DNA of 64,000 nucleotides from an uncultured Acidimicrobiales bacterium (GCA_937991435.1 CALKPY010000094.1:15262-79261), one strand, 5' to 3'; counted from the first letter of the stretch, positions 35,975 through 45,354 are shown. Numbers and translations are program-made. The notes: generated by a model from the letters alone, not told the origin.

Positions 35975-37530
35975 TATGCGAGTTTCGCCGGGTCCTCGAG
36001 GTATCGCACAACTGACTGGGCGAACTCGGCTGCAGGTGCGCCGTCAAAGGCCCGGTGATCCCACGTCAGGCTTAAGGTCAGCAAGGTCACAGGCGATGGT
36101 TTGCCGTTGCTCCAGGCGGTATCGGTGCGCAAGCGTCCGACTCCCAGGATTGCAGTGTTCGGCGGATTGATTACCGGGGTGAACATGTCAACGCCGTACA
36201 TGCCGAGTGCGGTCACAGAGAACGTCCCGCCCTCAAGATCGCTGAGTCCCAACTTGCCTTCGCGAGCCCGTGCAGCAACATCGGCGACCGCCTCGTGCAG
36301 CCTCACAACTGATTGCTCGTTGGCCAGGTGAACCACCGGCACGATCAATCCGTCTTCAAGCGCGACGGCGATGCCGATATTGACTTCGGGTAGGTACGCG
36401 ACTGCACCATCAACAATCTGGCTGTTGACATACGGGTGGTCGGCTAGCGAGCGGGCGACTGCGGCCACAACCCAAGCGGTAAACCCCGGAACAGTCTGGT
36501 CGAGGGCGGTCAGCCGCGCCCGCTCGGCCTCAACCGCAGTCATATCTGCATCGATGCTCAGGGTTAGCTGGGCCATCTCTGCCAACGACCCGTGCATGCG
36601 TTGAGCGATCACGCCACGCATGCCGGTCATCGGAACTGACGTAGTCGGAGTCTGTAACAACGGCGCCTCAGTGATCGACGGAGCACTTGCCAACGGTGCG
36701 GCACCGGACCCATCAGGCGCCACCACTGATGTCTCGGCTGAACCCGCCGACGCCGGGCTCACTGTCTCTGGGGTTGCGCCTTGATGTAGACGAGCCCGAA
36801 CCCAGCCTGCGACGTCTTCACGACTGACTCGTGCTCCCGGCGACGATGGTTCGACGAGCGCCAGATCGACCCCCAATAGATCGGCGAGCATGCGCGCTCC
36901 GCTGCCCGCGCTCACGGTCGCGCTGGCGCCGGAACTGGCACTGGCACTGGCACTGGTCGGTGCAGCGCGCTGCGCTGCAACCGCCACCGAAGCGGTTCGT
37001 GTGGTTGACGCTGAGTGGGCGATGACATCAGGTTGCACAATGCGGCCGCCTGGGCCTGTACCTGCGATCGATTCCAAGTTGAGTCCCAGCTCGTTCGCCG
37101 CGGCTCGCGCCCGGGGAGAAGCGAGAATGCGGCCGCGTTCACCGCGAGCTGCAACAGTATTCCCCGCGGAACTTGCCACTAATGCGCCGTCCGTTGTCGC
37201 ACCGGGAGCAACGACCTGATCTGCGACAGCAGCGATGGGGGCACCTGAGACCGCGGTTGTCGGCACTACCTGGGTGGCAGCGGGAACAGATTCGCCTGGC
37301 TCGAGTAGCCAACCGATAATCGCGCCGCACTCGTAATTCTCGCCGATCGTGGCGGTCGGCACGAAACGGCCAGATTCACGCGCTTCGACCTCGGTCTCGA
37401 CCTTGTCTGTCTCAATAACAAGAACGGCTTCGCCAGGAGTGACGTCTGTGCCCTCGGGGACCAACCACTCACGGATGGTTCCGTCGGTCATGGTAAGCCC
37501 GAGCTTGGGCATGGTGAATTCGCGTGCCAT
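35974..37530 (-). CDS. 2-oxoacid dehydrogenase E2 dihydrolipoamide acyltransferase
   Basis: Lipoyl domain (FTMPKLGLTMTDGTIREW...VIETDKV), Ala/Ser-rich linkers, a PSBD (ASPRARAAANELGLNL), and the catalytic motif LSLTWDHRAFDGAPAAEF. Start re-set to MAREF (37530). Confidence 0.85.
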   Translation of the reverse strand: MAREFTMPKLGLTMTDGTIREWLVPEGTDVTPGEAVLVIETDKVETEVEARESGRFVPTATIGENYECGAIIGWLLEPGESVPAATQVVPTTAVSGAPIAAVADQVVAPGATTDGALVASSAGNTVAARGERGRILASPRARAAANELGLNLESIAGTGPGGRIVQPDVIAHSASTTRTASVAVAAQRAAPTSASASASSGASATVSAGSGARMLADLLGVDLALVEPSSPGARVSREDVAGWVRARLHQGATPETVSPASAGSAETSVVAPDGSGAAPLASAPSITEAPLLQTPTTSVPMTGMRGVIAQRMHGSLAEMAQLTLSIDADMTAVEAERARLTALDQTVPGFTAWVVAAVARSLADHPYVNSQIVDGAVAYLPEVNIGIAVALEDGLIVPVVHLANEQSVVRLHEAVADVAARAREGKLGLSDLEGGTFSVTALGMYGVDMFTPVINPPNTAILGVGRLRTDTAWSNGKPSPVTLLTLSLTWDHRAFDGAPAAEFAQSVVRYLEDPAKLA

Positions 37531-37686
37531 GTCAACAGTCTCGCACTGCTGAGACCCGTGGCTGAAACAGAGCCGACATTTAGAGCTGACCGCGCGGGTA
37601 GCTATCAATCGGGGTGGCCGACGTAAACCGCCATATCGTCGACTGCAATGCCACCGGCATTGCCACGACTGTGAAACGATCAGGGC

Positions 37687-38886
37687 ATGGCTTCATTTGA
37701 CGAATCTCGACTTGATCACATCGGTGCTGTTGGCCGTCGCTATGTAGACGGCGGCAAGCTGCCGTGTTCTGTCGTTCAAATTGCCGATGCATCGGGCGTT
37801 GTGTATCAAGACGCATACGGCTGGGCCGACGTCGAAGAGCAACGACCAATCGCTCACGACAGTGTGTTTCGCATCTACTCGATGACCAAGCCCATCACCT
37901 CGATCGTGCTCATGCAGCTCTTCGAAGAAGGCCGCCTGCTACTCGATGACGCGGTCGAAAAGCACCTTCCTGACATGGCCAACCCGACCGTGATGACCGG
38001 CGGCACCGCCGATGAACCCGAAACGCGCCCAGCATCACGTTCGATCATGCTGCGCGACCTGCTGAGCCACACCTCTGGCTTGACCTACGGATTCATGCAG
38101 CAAAACGCGCTCGACGAACGCTATCGCCGACAAGGTCTTGGCGACTTCACCACGCCTGACTACTCGCTACAAGAAGGCATCCGCCGCATCGGCCAAGAGC
38201 CGCTGCTTTTCGACCCGGGAACGTCGTGGAACTATTCGATGTCGACCGACGTATGCGGAGCCGTAATCGAGGCAGTCACTGGTCAGACGCTCGCCCAGGC
38301 AATGAGCGAGCGGGTACTCGAGCCGCTCGGTATGACCGACACCGGATTCAGTGTGCCGGAGCAGGCCGCTGATCGCTTCACGTCTCTGTACGCCTGCCTA
38401 CCGACGGGCGATCTCACACGAATAGACAAGTTCGCGGCGAGCTCGTACCTGCGGCCGCCCGCATTTCTCAGCGGCGGCGGCGGACTTGTCGGCACCATCG
38501 ACGACTACCAGAAGTTCTGTTCGATGTTGCGCGCCGGCGGCATGGGCAACGGGCAACGAATCATCGGACGCCACACGCTGGAATACATGGCGAGCAACCA
38601 TCTTCCCGGGGGCAAGCTTCTCAACGACCTTGGACAGTCCTTGTTCTCCGAAGTCTCGATGCAGGGACAAGGATTCGGGCTCGGCTTCTCGACCGTCGAG
38701 GCCCCGTCGGCAATGAGCTGTCTGTCAGCGCGTGGCGAGTTCGCCTGGGGCGGAGCAGCGAGCACCGTTTTTTGGGTCGACCCTCTGCACGAGATCACAG
38801 CGATCTTCATGACCCAACTGCTGCCGTCAAGCACCTACCCGCTTCGACCGGCGCTGCGCAATGCGGTGTATCAGGCACTGATCTAA
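37687..38886 (+). CDS. class C beta-lactamase-fold serine hydrolase/esterase
   Basis: FRIYSMTKPITS (SxxK) and a later YS.S/..G motif. 399 aa. Confidence 0.85.
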   Translation: MASFDESRLDHIGAVGRRYVDGGKLPCSVVQIADASGVVYQDAYGWADVEEQRPIAHDSVFRIYSMTKPITSIVLMQLFEEGRLLLDDAVEKHLPDMANPTVMTGGTADEPETRPASRSIMLRDLLSHTSGLTYGFMQQNALDERYRRQGLGDFTTPDYSLQEGIRRIGQEPLLFDPGTSWNYSMSTDVCGAVIEAVTGQTLAQAMSERVLEPLGMTDTGFSVPEQAADRFTSLYACLPTGDLTRIDKFAASSYLRPPAFLSGGGGLVGTIDDYQKFCSMLRAGGMGNGQRIIGRHTLEYMASNHLPGGKLLNDLGQSLFSEVSMQGQGFGLGFSTVEAPSAMSCLSARGEFAWGGAASTVFWVDPLHEITAIFMTQLLPSSTYPLRPALRNAVYQALI

Positions 38887-38903
38887 CCCCACTGATCTAC
38901 CCC
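38876..38903. repeat. 14-nt tandem duplication spanning a stop codon
   Basis: CACTGATCTAACCC then CACTGATCTACCCC. The first unit contains the TAA stop (38884-38886) of the serine hydrolase gene. Confidence 0.9.
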
Positions 38904-38919
38904 CACGGGCCTAACCCTC

Positions 38920-38947
38920 GGGCGCGGCCTCTAGGGCGCGGCCTCTA
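38920..38947. repeat. perfect 14-nt tandem duplication spanning a stop codon
   Basis: GGGCGCGGCCTCTA occurs twice. The second unit contains the reverse-strand TAG stop (38945-38947) of the PPOX-like gene. Confidence 0.9.
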
Positions 38948-39304
38948 GGCGTCTTTGCAGTCATTACCGCCGCCATCGGCATTGCGGTGCAAGATTGCAT
39001 GCGTGGCTTGAATCTCGGCCCAGCCCTTGCCGTCGTCATCAAGGTCGACGACCGTCGCGTCGCCGTCGATGATCAGGTTGTAGTCGCCGGCCATCGCAGG
39101 CGGCCACAGTAGGGCGACTAGCGGTTGTGCAGCGATGTTGCGGCATGTCTTGCGGCCTGCTGGGGCACGCAGTGTCTGCCCATCGATGGTGAACACGACC
39201 TGTGTTGTATGTGGTCGACCATCTGGCCCGGTTGTCACGAGGAAGCCGGCGCCTCGTCCTTGCACGTCGGCAGCCAATTCGGACAGGTCAACCTTGATGC
39301 TCAT
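38945..39304 (-). CDS. PPOX-fold (pyridoxamine 5'-phosphate oxidase-like) small flavoprotein
   Basis: GAGFLVTTGPDGRPHTTQVVF...LLWPP, a split-barrel pattern. Confidence 0.65.
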   Translation of the reverse strand: MSIKVDLSELAADVQGRGAGFLVTTGPDGRPHTTQVVFTIDGQTLRAPAGRKTCRNIAAQPLVALLWPPAMAGDYNLIIDGDATVVDLDDDGKGWAEIQATHAILHRNADGGGNDCKDA

Positions 39305-39348
39305 GGCCTCGTTCTACCAAAGGTTCCGTCAAACGGCGAGTGGTCGCG

Positions 39349-40422
39349 CTAGAGAGGTTCCGGTCGATCGCCGGGAGCAGCAGTGATCACCGGAGGCGGC
39401 GGCGGAGTGTCCGCCAATCGCCAGGCGAGGTAGTCGTGGAAGTCGCCAACGGCCGATTCAAGATCGATCAGGGGGCCCGGCGTAAACCGGGCACGAGCGT
39501 TGCGTTGCACTCGCTCACAGATCGCTCGGTCTTCGTCGATAAACGCAGCATCCCATCCCGGCAGATGCACCGAAGACCCCTCGGCCACAGGCTGTTCGCT
39601 GGCCATGCCCACCCGCACGTTCGTGTGGCCCACATCGGCAGGGTTCCAAGAACGCCAAAGCAGCGTGTCAGGCCAGGCAACGGCGACGAACGACGGCGGA
39701 ATCGCAATCACGAGATGATCGGCTCGTTGCGACGATTCCCCGCCCATCACAGTCGCAGCCGCTGACCCCGCGAGGTAGTAAGTCGCGTCGGTCGGGCTCA
39801 CCGGTTCAATCGTTTCTGCGTGTACACGAAAGTGGCTGTACGAGTCGACCGCGGCAATGTGTGCTGACTTCCAGTTTGTCTTCCAGAGCTCGCTTGACTC
39901 GCTGGCTGTGTCGTGGTGCAGCCGGTCAAGGGCGAGCGGCCGGACGTACGGGTCGATCACCGACAGCCGTTCGGCCAACGGTTCGACCTCGTCGTCGAGG
40001 CAGACGAAGACAAGCCCCTGCCACTGCTCGGCTCGGTATTCGTGCAGCCCGTGCTGGTCCTTACAAATTTCATCGGGCTGGGTGTAGGGCACGCTCAACA
40101 ATGCACCCCAGGTATCAAAAGTCCAGGCGTGGTAGGGACAGCTGAACCGCTTCAGCGAACCTGGGCCGTCGATTAACGGCGTGCCCCGATGCGTGCACGC
40201 ATTGGCAAAGGCGCGAATCGCCAGATCCTCGCCGCGTACAACAATGACCGATTCGCGTCCGACTTTGACCTCGACATGATCACCTGGATCAGCCACGGCA
40301 TCGACCGATGTGGCGAACACCCAGTCGCGTTCCCACAGTTGACGCATCTCGAGATCGAAGACGGCTTCGTCGACGAGCAGGTCAAGCGGCAGCGCGGTGC
40401 CACGTTCAATTCGGGTCGGCAT
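39349..40422 (-). CDS. Rieske [2Fe-2S] aromatic-ring-hydroxylating oxygenase alpha subunit
   Basis: CTHRGTPL...CPYHAWTF Rieske motif plus a C-terminal catalytic domain. Confidence 0.85.
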   Translation of the reverse strand: MPTRIERGTALPLDLLVDEAVFDLEMRQLWERDWVFATSVDAVADPGDHVEVKVGRESVIVVRGEDLAIRAFANACTHRGTPLIDGPGSLKRFSCPYHAWTFDTWGALLSVPYTQPDEICKDQHGLHEYRAEQWQGLVFVCLDDEVEPLAERLSVIDPYVRPLALDRLHHDTASESSELWKTNWKSAHIAAVDSYSHFRVHAETIEPVSPTDATYYLAGSAAATVMGGESSQRADHLVIAIPPSFVAVAWPDTLLWRSWNPADVGHTNVRVGMASEQPVAEGSSVHLPGWDAAFIDEDRAICERVQRNARARFTPGPLIDLESAVGDFHDYLAWRLADTPPPPPVITAAPGDRPEPL

Positions 40423-40464
40423 AGAAGCAGGTGTCCTCAGTCAGCGCGGGGCGTGGTGCGTGAG

Positions 40465-41097
40465 CTACCACTCATTCCAGTGAACAAAGTTCTCGACTGG
40501 CTTGCGTTTCGCCAGCTTGAAGTCGGTGCCGACGGTATAGGCCACAGGGAAGAGCCCGGCCTGGGTCCACTCGCTGTATTCGATTCCCAAGAGTTCCGCA
40601 ACTTCCTTTTCGCGAGGAAGGTGCAAGGTGGTCCATGCTGATCCCATACCCCTGGCTCGCAACGCCATCATGAAACTCCACACCGCCGGAAGAATCGAAC
40701 CCCACGCGCCGGCCTGGCGAAAGCTCTCTGCTCCTTCGAGTCGGCCTCGGTGCAACGGAATTACGAGCGCTGGAACGTCGTGCAGAACTTCAGCGAGGTG
40801 GTTCGCCGAATCAGAGATGCGAATGCTCTGGGCATCATCGCTCAGTTTCGAGCTTGCTTCTCGGTACGGGTAGTAGACGTCGCGGTAGTGATCAGCGATG
40901 ACCTTCTTCTTTTCCGGATCGTCAACGATCATCCATGACCAACCCTGGGCGTTGGACCCAGTCGGAGCTTGGTGCGCTATCTCGATGCATTCGGTGATCG
41001 TCTCGCGGCTGACCGGGCGCTCCAGGTCCAGGCGCTTGCGCACCGACCGTGTCGTTGTGAGTACTTCTTCTGCGCTTAGCCCAATGCTCTCGCCCAT
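40465..41097 (-). CDS. nitroreductase family protein
   Basis: TTRSVRKRLDLERPV...APTGSNAQGWSWMIV. It is a paralogue of 48702..49367. Confidence 0.8.
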   Translation of the reverse strand: MGESIGLSAEEVLTTTRSVRKRLDLERPVSRETITECIEIAHQAPTGSNAQGWSWMIVDDPEKKKVIADHYRDVYYPYREASSKLSDDAQSIRISDSANHLAEVLHDVPALVIPLHRGRLEGAESFRQAGAWGSILPAVWSFMMALRARGMGSAWTTLHLPREKEVAELLGIEYSEWTQAGLFPVAYTVGTDFKLAKRKPVENFVHWNEW

Positions 41098-41139
41098 GAC
41101 GTGTGCTCCTCGGTGTCGTTTCGGTCGGCGACAGCGAGG

Positions 41140-41649
41140 TTAGTCATCGACGTGCCGCGCCTCATGATCGAGCAGCCAGCGTTTGGTATCGAGACCCCCG
41201 GCGAACCCGGTGAGCTTGCCGTTGGCGCCCACGATTCGATGGCACGGAAGCACGATCGACAGCGGGTTACGACCGTTTGCAGCCCCGACCGCTCGCACGG
41301 CTCTGGGGCGACCAATCTGACGGGCCTGTTCGCCATAGGTCGACGTCGTGCCGTACGGAATTTCGGCCAGCGACCACCAGACGGCACGTTGGAACTCGGT
41401 TCCGACCGGTGCAAGCGAAAGGTCAAATGCGTGGCGCGTTCCGGCGAAGTACTCGTCGAGTTGGCTCGCGGTCGCGGTCAGTATCTCGGTCGCAGGGTTC
41501 TGATCTGACGGATCGGCTGCAGCGGGGGCCGTTGCAAATCGAACCCGAGCGGCGTCTTCGTCGGGCCAGAGCACGGCGACCAGGGCGCCGGGTTCGGCAA
41601 CCAGTTCGAGCGTGCCTACCGGTGATGGATAGTCGACGATGAACAACAT
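41140..41649 (-). CDS. ogt: methylated-DNA--protein-cysteine methyltransferase
   Basis: The active site IVLPCHRIVG and the helix-turn-wing region FQRAVWWSLAEIPYGTTSTYGE. Confidence 0.9.
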   Translation of the reverse strand: MLFIVDYPSPVGTLELVAEPGALVAVLWPDEDAARVRFATAPAAADPSDQNPATEILTATASQLDEYFAGTRHAFDLSLAPVGTEFQRAVWWSLAEIPYGTTSTYGEQARQIGRPRAVRAVGAANGRNPLSIVLPCHRIVGANGKLTGFAGGLDTKRWLLDHEARHVDD

Positions 41650-41651
41650 GA

Positions 41652-43148
41652 TCAGTCCTTTAGAGATTCAGGGTTCGAAGTAGCCCACAGGTGATGAGTG
41701 GCGTAACTGCGCCAAGGCGAGATCAGGCGCAACTCCTCAGCGCGAAGACCGAGTGCGTTTGCTGACCGAGCAGCGACCAGGTCGCCGCCGAGCCAGATGT
41801 CTGGATCGGCCATGACCCGCATGAGCACGTAGTCCGCCGTCCACGGCCCAATACCGGAGACCGTGAGCAACTCGGAGCGCACCGAGTTTCGGTCACCAGA
41901 CGGGCTCAGTTCGTTGGTGCGACCAGCCCACTGACGGGAGATCGCGTGAAGAGTGTGTATTCCCCGCGTCGTCAGTCCAAGGTCGCCAAGGTCGGTCTCA
42001 GCCAGCACCTCGGGTGACGGAAACGGAACGAGCTCTTCGGTGCCGGCGCCCGCGTGAGCTCGAACTCTCGCCACGATTCGACCCGCGAGTGTGCGGGCGG
42101 CCGCCACGCTTCGTTGTTGTCCGAGCACGGCGAACGCCAGCGTCGCGAATCCGTCGGTCGAACCTGGAGATCGCAACCCTGGTCGCGACTTGACGAGCGG
42201 GCGAAGCGGTTTCAGAGCACCGAGCGCAGCGTCGATCGCAGTCGGATCGCAATCAAGATCGAGCATGGCCCGACATTGGCGCACGGCTTCGCCGACATCG
42301 CGCACCTCGTCAAGACGCAACCTGCAGTCGACGAAGCCTTCATCAAAACGAAGTTCGACCGTGCCGCCGCCATGGGGCAAACGCAACGCGGTCCTCAACG
42401 TCTCACCATCGACCTGGCTTACTCCGGCCACACACCGGTGAGCAGCCCAACCAAGCAAGTAGGCACTTGCGATCGGAAGCCGATGGGCCAGGCGCAGCCG
42501 AAGCTCGCCGCTCGAAACCGCGATGCCGGATCGGCTCTTGGCACGCAGCTCCGTCGGTGTCTCGGCAAACACAGCCTTGACGGTGTCGTTGAATTGGCGT
42601 TGGCTCTGAAAGCCAGATGCAAAGGTGACATCAGTGAATGTCATGTCGGTAGTTTCAATCAAGGTGCGCGCCGTCTGTGCCCGGTGGGCTCGGGCCACAG
42701 CGATCGGTGGAGCTCCAACCTCGTCGATCATGACCCGTCGCAGGTGGCGCGGCGTGACGCCGAGCGAGCCGGCCAGCTCGTTGACCGAAACAGAATCGAG
42801 GCACCCGTCGGTGATCATGCGCATAGCTCGGCCAACAAGGTCTTGGCGTAGGTTCCACTGGGGGGAACCTGGTGAAGCGTCAGGGCGACAGCGCTTACAG
42901 GCTCGCAAACCTTGCCTTTGCGCAGATGCCGCGGTGACGTAGAAGTCGACGTTTCGACGAAGCGGCTGTACCGGCGTGGGACAACTCGGGCGGCAATAGA
43001 TCCCTGTAGTGCGAACTCCGACAATGAACATGCCGTCAAAGCGTGGATCGCGGCTCTCGACGGCACGCCAACGGTCGTCATCAGAGAATCCGAGTGCTCC
43101 CCGGTGGGTTGCGTCGAAATCCGTTTCGCTGCGCGCCCTGGCTTCCAC
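41652..43148 (-). CDS. alkA: fused Ada regulatory domain / AraC HTH / DNA-3-methyladenine glycosylase II (AlkA)
   Basis: Ada Zn domain (YCRPSCP...CKRCRP), an AraC-type HTH, an AlkA_N region and an HhH-GPD (...VSGIGPWTADYVLMR). The architecture and the adjacent ogt match the mycobacterial ada-alkA/ogt pair. Confidence 0.9.
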   Translation of the reverse strand: MEARARSETDFDATHRGALGFSDDDRWRAVESRDPRFDGMFIVGVRTTGIYCRPSCPTPVQPLRRNVDFYVTAASAQRQGLRACKRCRPDASPGSPQWNLRQDLVGRAMRMITDGCLDSVSVNELAGSLGVTPRHLRRVMIDEVGAPPIAVARAHRAQTARTLIETTDMTFTDVTFASGFQSQRQFNDTVKAVFAETPTELRAKSRSGIAVSSGELRLRLAHRLPIASAYLLGWAAHRCVAGVSQVDGETLRTALRLPHGGGTVELRFDEGFVDCRLRLDEVRDVGEAVRQCRAMLDLDCDPTAIDAALGALKPLRPLVKSRPGLRSPGSTDGFATLAFAVLGQQRSVAAARTLAGRIVARVRAHAGAGTEELVPFPSPEVLAETDLGDLGLTTRGIHTLHAISRQWAGRTNELSPSGDRNSVRSELLTVSGIGPWTADYVLMRVMADPDIWLGGDLVAARSANALGLRAEELRLISPWRSYATHHLWATSNPESLKD

Positions 43149-43250
43149 CCGACCATCGTGCCCGATCAGGAACTCCGATGCTGGCGGTTTTCGGACATTC
43201 GAGTCGAGACGCGCCTCGCGTCTGGGTCACAGACGGACGAGACTGTGACC

Positions 43251-43637
43251 ATGAACCCATCTGACGACGTTGCTGTTTCGGTTCTGCGCAGCAACCAACG
43301 CTTCTACGACGCCCACGAAGGACGTGATATCGCTGCGATGCGCGCGGTCTGGGAGCAGTCCGACCGAGCCACCTGTGTGCACCCGGGCTGGCCCATTCTT
43401 CGTGGTTGGTCTGCGGTCGAAAATTCGTGGACTCGGATACTCGCAGGACCGGGTCACAATCAGTTCATTCTCACCAATGAGTCAGTGACCATCGAGGGCC
43501 CACTTGCGTGGGTAACCCTTGATGAAAATCTCGTCAGCGAATCGGGCACGGGGACCGTCGCGGCGACGAATCTGTTTGCTCGACACGGCGCCGACTGGCT
43601 ACTCGTCGTGCATCATGGCTCACCCGTCATGTCCTGA
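43251..43637 (+). CDS. SnoaL/NTF2-like (DUF4440-type) protein
   Basis: 128 aa. LRSNQRFYDAHEGRDIAAMRAVW...WSAVENSW is typical of NTF2-fold proteins. Start re-set to ATG 43251. Confidence 0.65.
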   Translation: MNPSDDVAVSVLRSNQRFYDAHEGRDIAAMRAVWEQSDRATCVHPGWPILRGWSAVENSWTRILAGPGHNQFILTNESVTIEGPLAWVTLDENLVSESGTGTVAATNLFARHGADWLLVVHHGSPVMS

Positions 43638-43644
43638 ACCAGCT

Positions 43645-43686
43645 AGCCAAGACGGTGTAGCCAAGACGGTGTCGCCAAGACGACCT
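43645..43686. repeat. 14-nt tandem repeat: two perfect units plus one degenerate
   Basis: AGCCAAGACGGTGT, AGCCAAGACGGTGT, CGCCAAGACGACCT, in the convergent intergenic region. Confidence 0.9.
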
Positions 43687-43727
43687 CGCCCGGGGTAGAT
43701 CCAGCGAAGTCGACCATCGCCGATGCT

Positions 43728-44351
43728 CTACAGCGTGGTGGTGCGCAGGTATGGCTTGTGGGTAACGAACTCGCCAAACTTCTCGGTGGCCTCTTCGTCA
43801 GAAAGGGCTGGCGAGATGATTACGTCGTCGCCCGGAGTCCAGTTGACTGGTGTCGCGACCGGCCGCTCTGCGGTGAGCTGAAGCGAGTCAAGGACCCGAT
43901 CAATCTCATCGAAGTTTCGTCCCGTGCTTGCCGGGTAGGTCAGCGTGAGCTTGACCTTGTTGTCAGGACCCACGATGAACACCGATCGCACCGTCAGAGT
44001 TGCGAGCTCGTTGGGATGGATCATGTCGTAGAGCTCGGCGACCTCTCGCGAGGTGTCGCCGATGATGGGGAAGTTGACCGCCACCCCCTGGGTCTCTTCG
44101 ATGTCACCGGTCCATGCGTTGTGGTCTTCGACCGAATCAACGCTGACCGCGAGCACCTTGGTGTTCTTGCCAGCAAATCGATCGGCCAGCTTGGCCGTGT
44201 AGCCCAGCTCCGTCGTACAGACCGGCGTGAAGTCTTTGGGGTGCGAGAACAAGATTGCCCAACTGTCGCCCTTCCACTCGTGGAAGTTGATCTCTCCCTG
44301 GGTGGTGTTGGCCGTGAAGTTTGGTGCTTCGTCGCCGAGACGCAATGCCAT
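43728..44351 (-). CDS. 1-Cys peroxiredoxin (Prx6-type)
   Basis: LGDEAPNFTANTTQGEINFHEW..DSWAILFSHPKDFTPVCTTELG. Start re-set to MALRLGD (44351). Confidence 0.9.
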   Translation of the reverse strand: MALRLGDEAPNFTANTTQGEINFHEWKGDSWAILFSHPKDFTPVCTTELGYTAKLADRFAGKNTKVLAVSVDSVEDHNAWTGDIEETQGVAVNFPIIGDTSREVAELYDMIHPNELATLTVRSVFIVGPDNKVKLTLTYPASTGRNFDEIDRVLDSLQLTAERPVATPVNWTPGDDVIISPALSDEEATEKFGEFVTHKPYLRTTTL

Positions 44352-44536
44352 CGGTGGTCTCCTTTCGTTGCAGCAGCGGGTCACCGCTACTGGTGTGTTT
44401 GCTACGTCGGTAGCTGCACGTTATCGACAAGAACTCTAAATCCGACTATTCCGATCGGCTTTTCAGTTTTTTAAGACGGTCTCGTTGCTCGTAGTGTCTT
44501 GATACCACCCAATCTTCAATCAAATCGGAGCCTTCA

Positions 44537-44929
44537 ATGCCTTCACTCGAACCACTCATGACCGTCACGGCAACCCTGAGCTACGCCATGATTGGCGACG
44601 TTGGGGCAGGTACCCGCCTCGACGTGCCGTTCACGGGCACCGCCACCTCGTCGCACTGGGACGGCGAGCTTCCGGTCGAGGGCGTCGACTATGTAACCCT
44701 GCGGTCTGACGGCTTCGGCGAACTGCTGATTAAAGCTCGTATGGGGTCGGGCAAGGACCTGGTTTCCTACGACGCAACCGGTATCAACGGGCCCGATGGC
44801 ATTCAAGAACTACTGACATTCCGCACCGGTTCTGAGACCTTCAAGTGGCTCAACGGCATAACCGCCGTTGCCTTTGGGGCCACCGAAGGCGATCAGCTCA
44901 CCCTCGAGGTCTACAAGGTCGTCGCATGA
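44537..44929 (+). CDS. DUF3237-like beta-barrel protein
   Basis: 130 aa. The G.R..VPF.G......G......DY...R.DG pattern is a weak family assignment. Confidence 0.45.
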   Translation: MPSLEPLMTVTATLSYAMIGDVGAGTRLDVPFTGTATSSHWDGELPVEGVDYVTLRSDGFGELLIKARMGSGKDLVSYDATGINGPDGIQELLTFRTGSETFKWLNGITAVAFGATEGDQLTLEVYKVVA

Positions 44930-45354
44930 GCGAGGCCGGTCCATCAGCGCTGTCGCTTGACGAACTGAACACCTTCTTCGAGTCGCTCAAGATGGACCGG
45001 CCGCCAGTGCAGATCGATGAACTTGCCCAAGACCTGGTGCGTGGTCACATCGACACCAATGCCATCCACACCCGACCTGGCGGCTTCATACCCGGGCCGG
45101 TCATGATGGCAATGGCTGACGTCGTGGGCTGGATCCTCGTGTTCACACGAGTCGGCATTACGCCGATGGCGCTTACATGGGATTTATCGATCAACTTTCT
45201 TCGACCGGCACACGGCAGCGATCTGATGATCGAGTCACGACAAACCAAGTTTGGGCGGCTCAGCCACGCTACGCACGAGTTCACCATGCGAGCTGAACCG
45301 ACCAAGGTCGTCGCTCACGCGACGACTACCTATGTGGTGCCCGACAATCGATAG
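44926..45354 (+). CDS. PaaI-family (hotdog-fold) thioesterase
   Basis: GGFIPGPVMMAMADVVGW is typical of PaaI/4HBT. ATGA overlap with the upstream gene. Confidence 0.7.
   Translation: MSEAGPSALSLDELNTFFESLKMDRPPVQIDELAQDLVRGHIDTNAIHTRPGGFIPGPVMMAMADVVGWILVFTRVGITPMALTWDLSINFLRPAHGSDLMIESRQTKFGRLSHATHEFTMRAEPTKVVAHATTTYVVPDNR

Noticed and set aside
35974-37530. An orphan E2 gene without E1/E3 neighbours, considered as an anomaly.
   Set aside because: Stand-alone E2 (dlaT/sucB-type) genes are normal in Actinobacteria. Only the coupling to the DUF867 gene was kept, as a low-interest note.
40465-41097. The two paralogous nitroreductases (40465..41097 and 48702..49367), and the multiple SDR, VOC and PPOX genes, considered as a special system.
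   Set aside because: These are common paralogous families in actinobacterial genomes, scattered here among unrelated genes with no operonic link.
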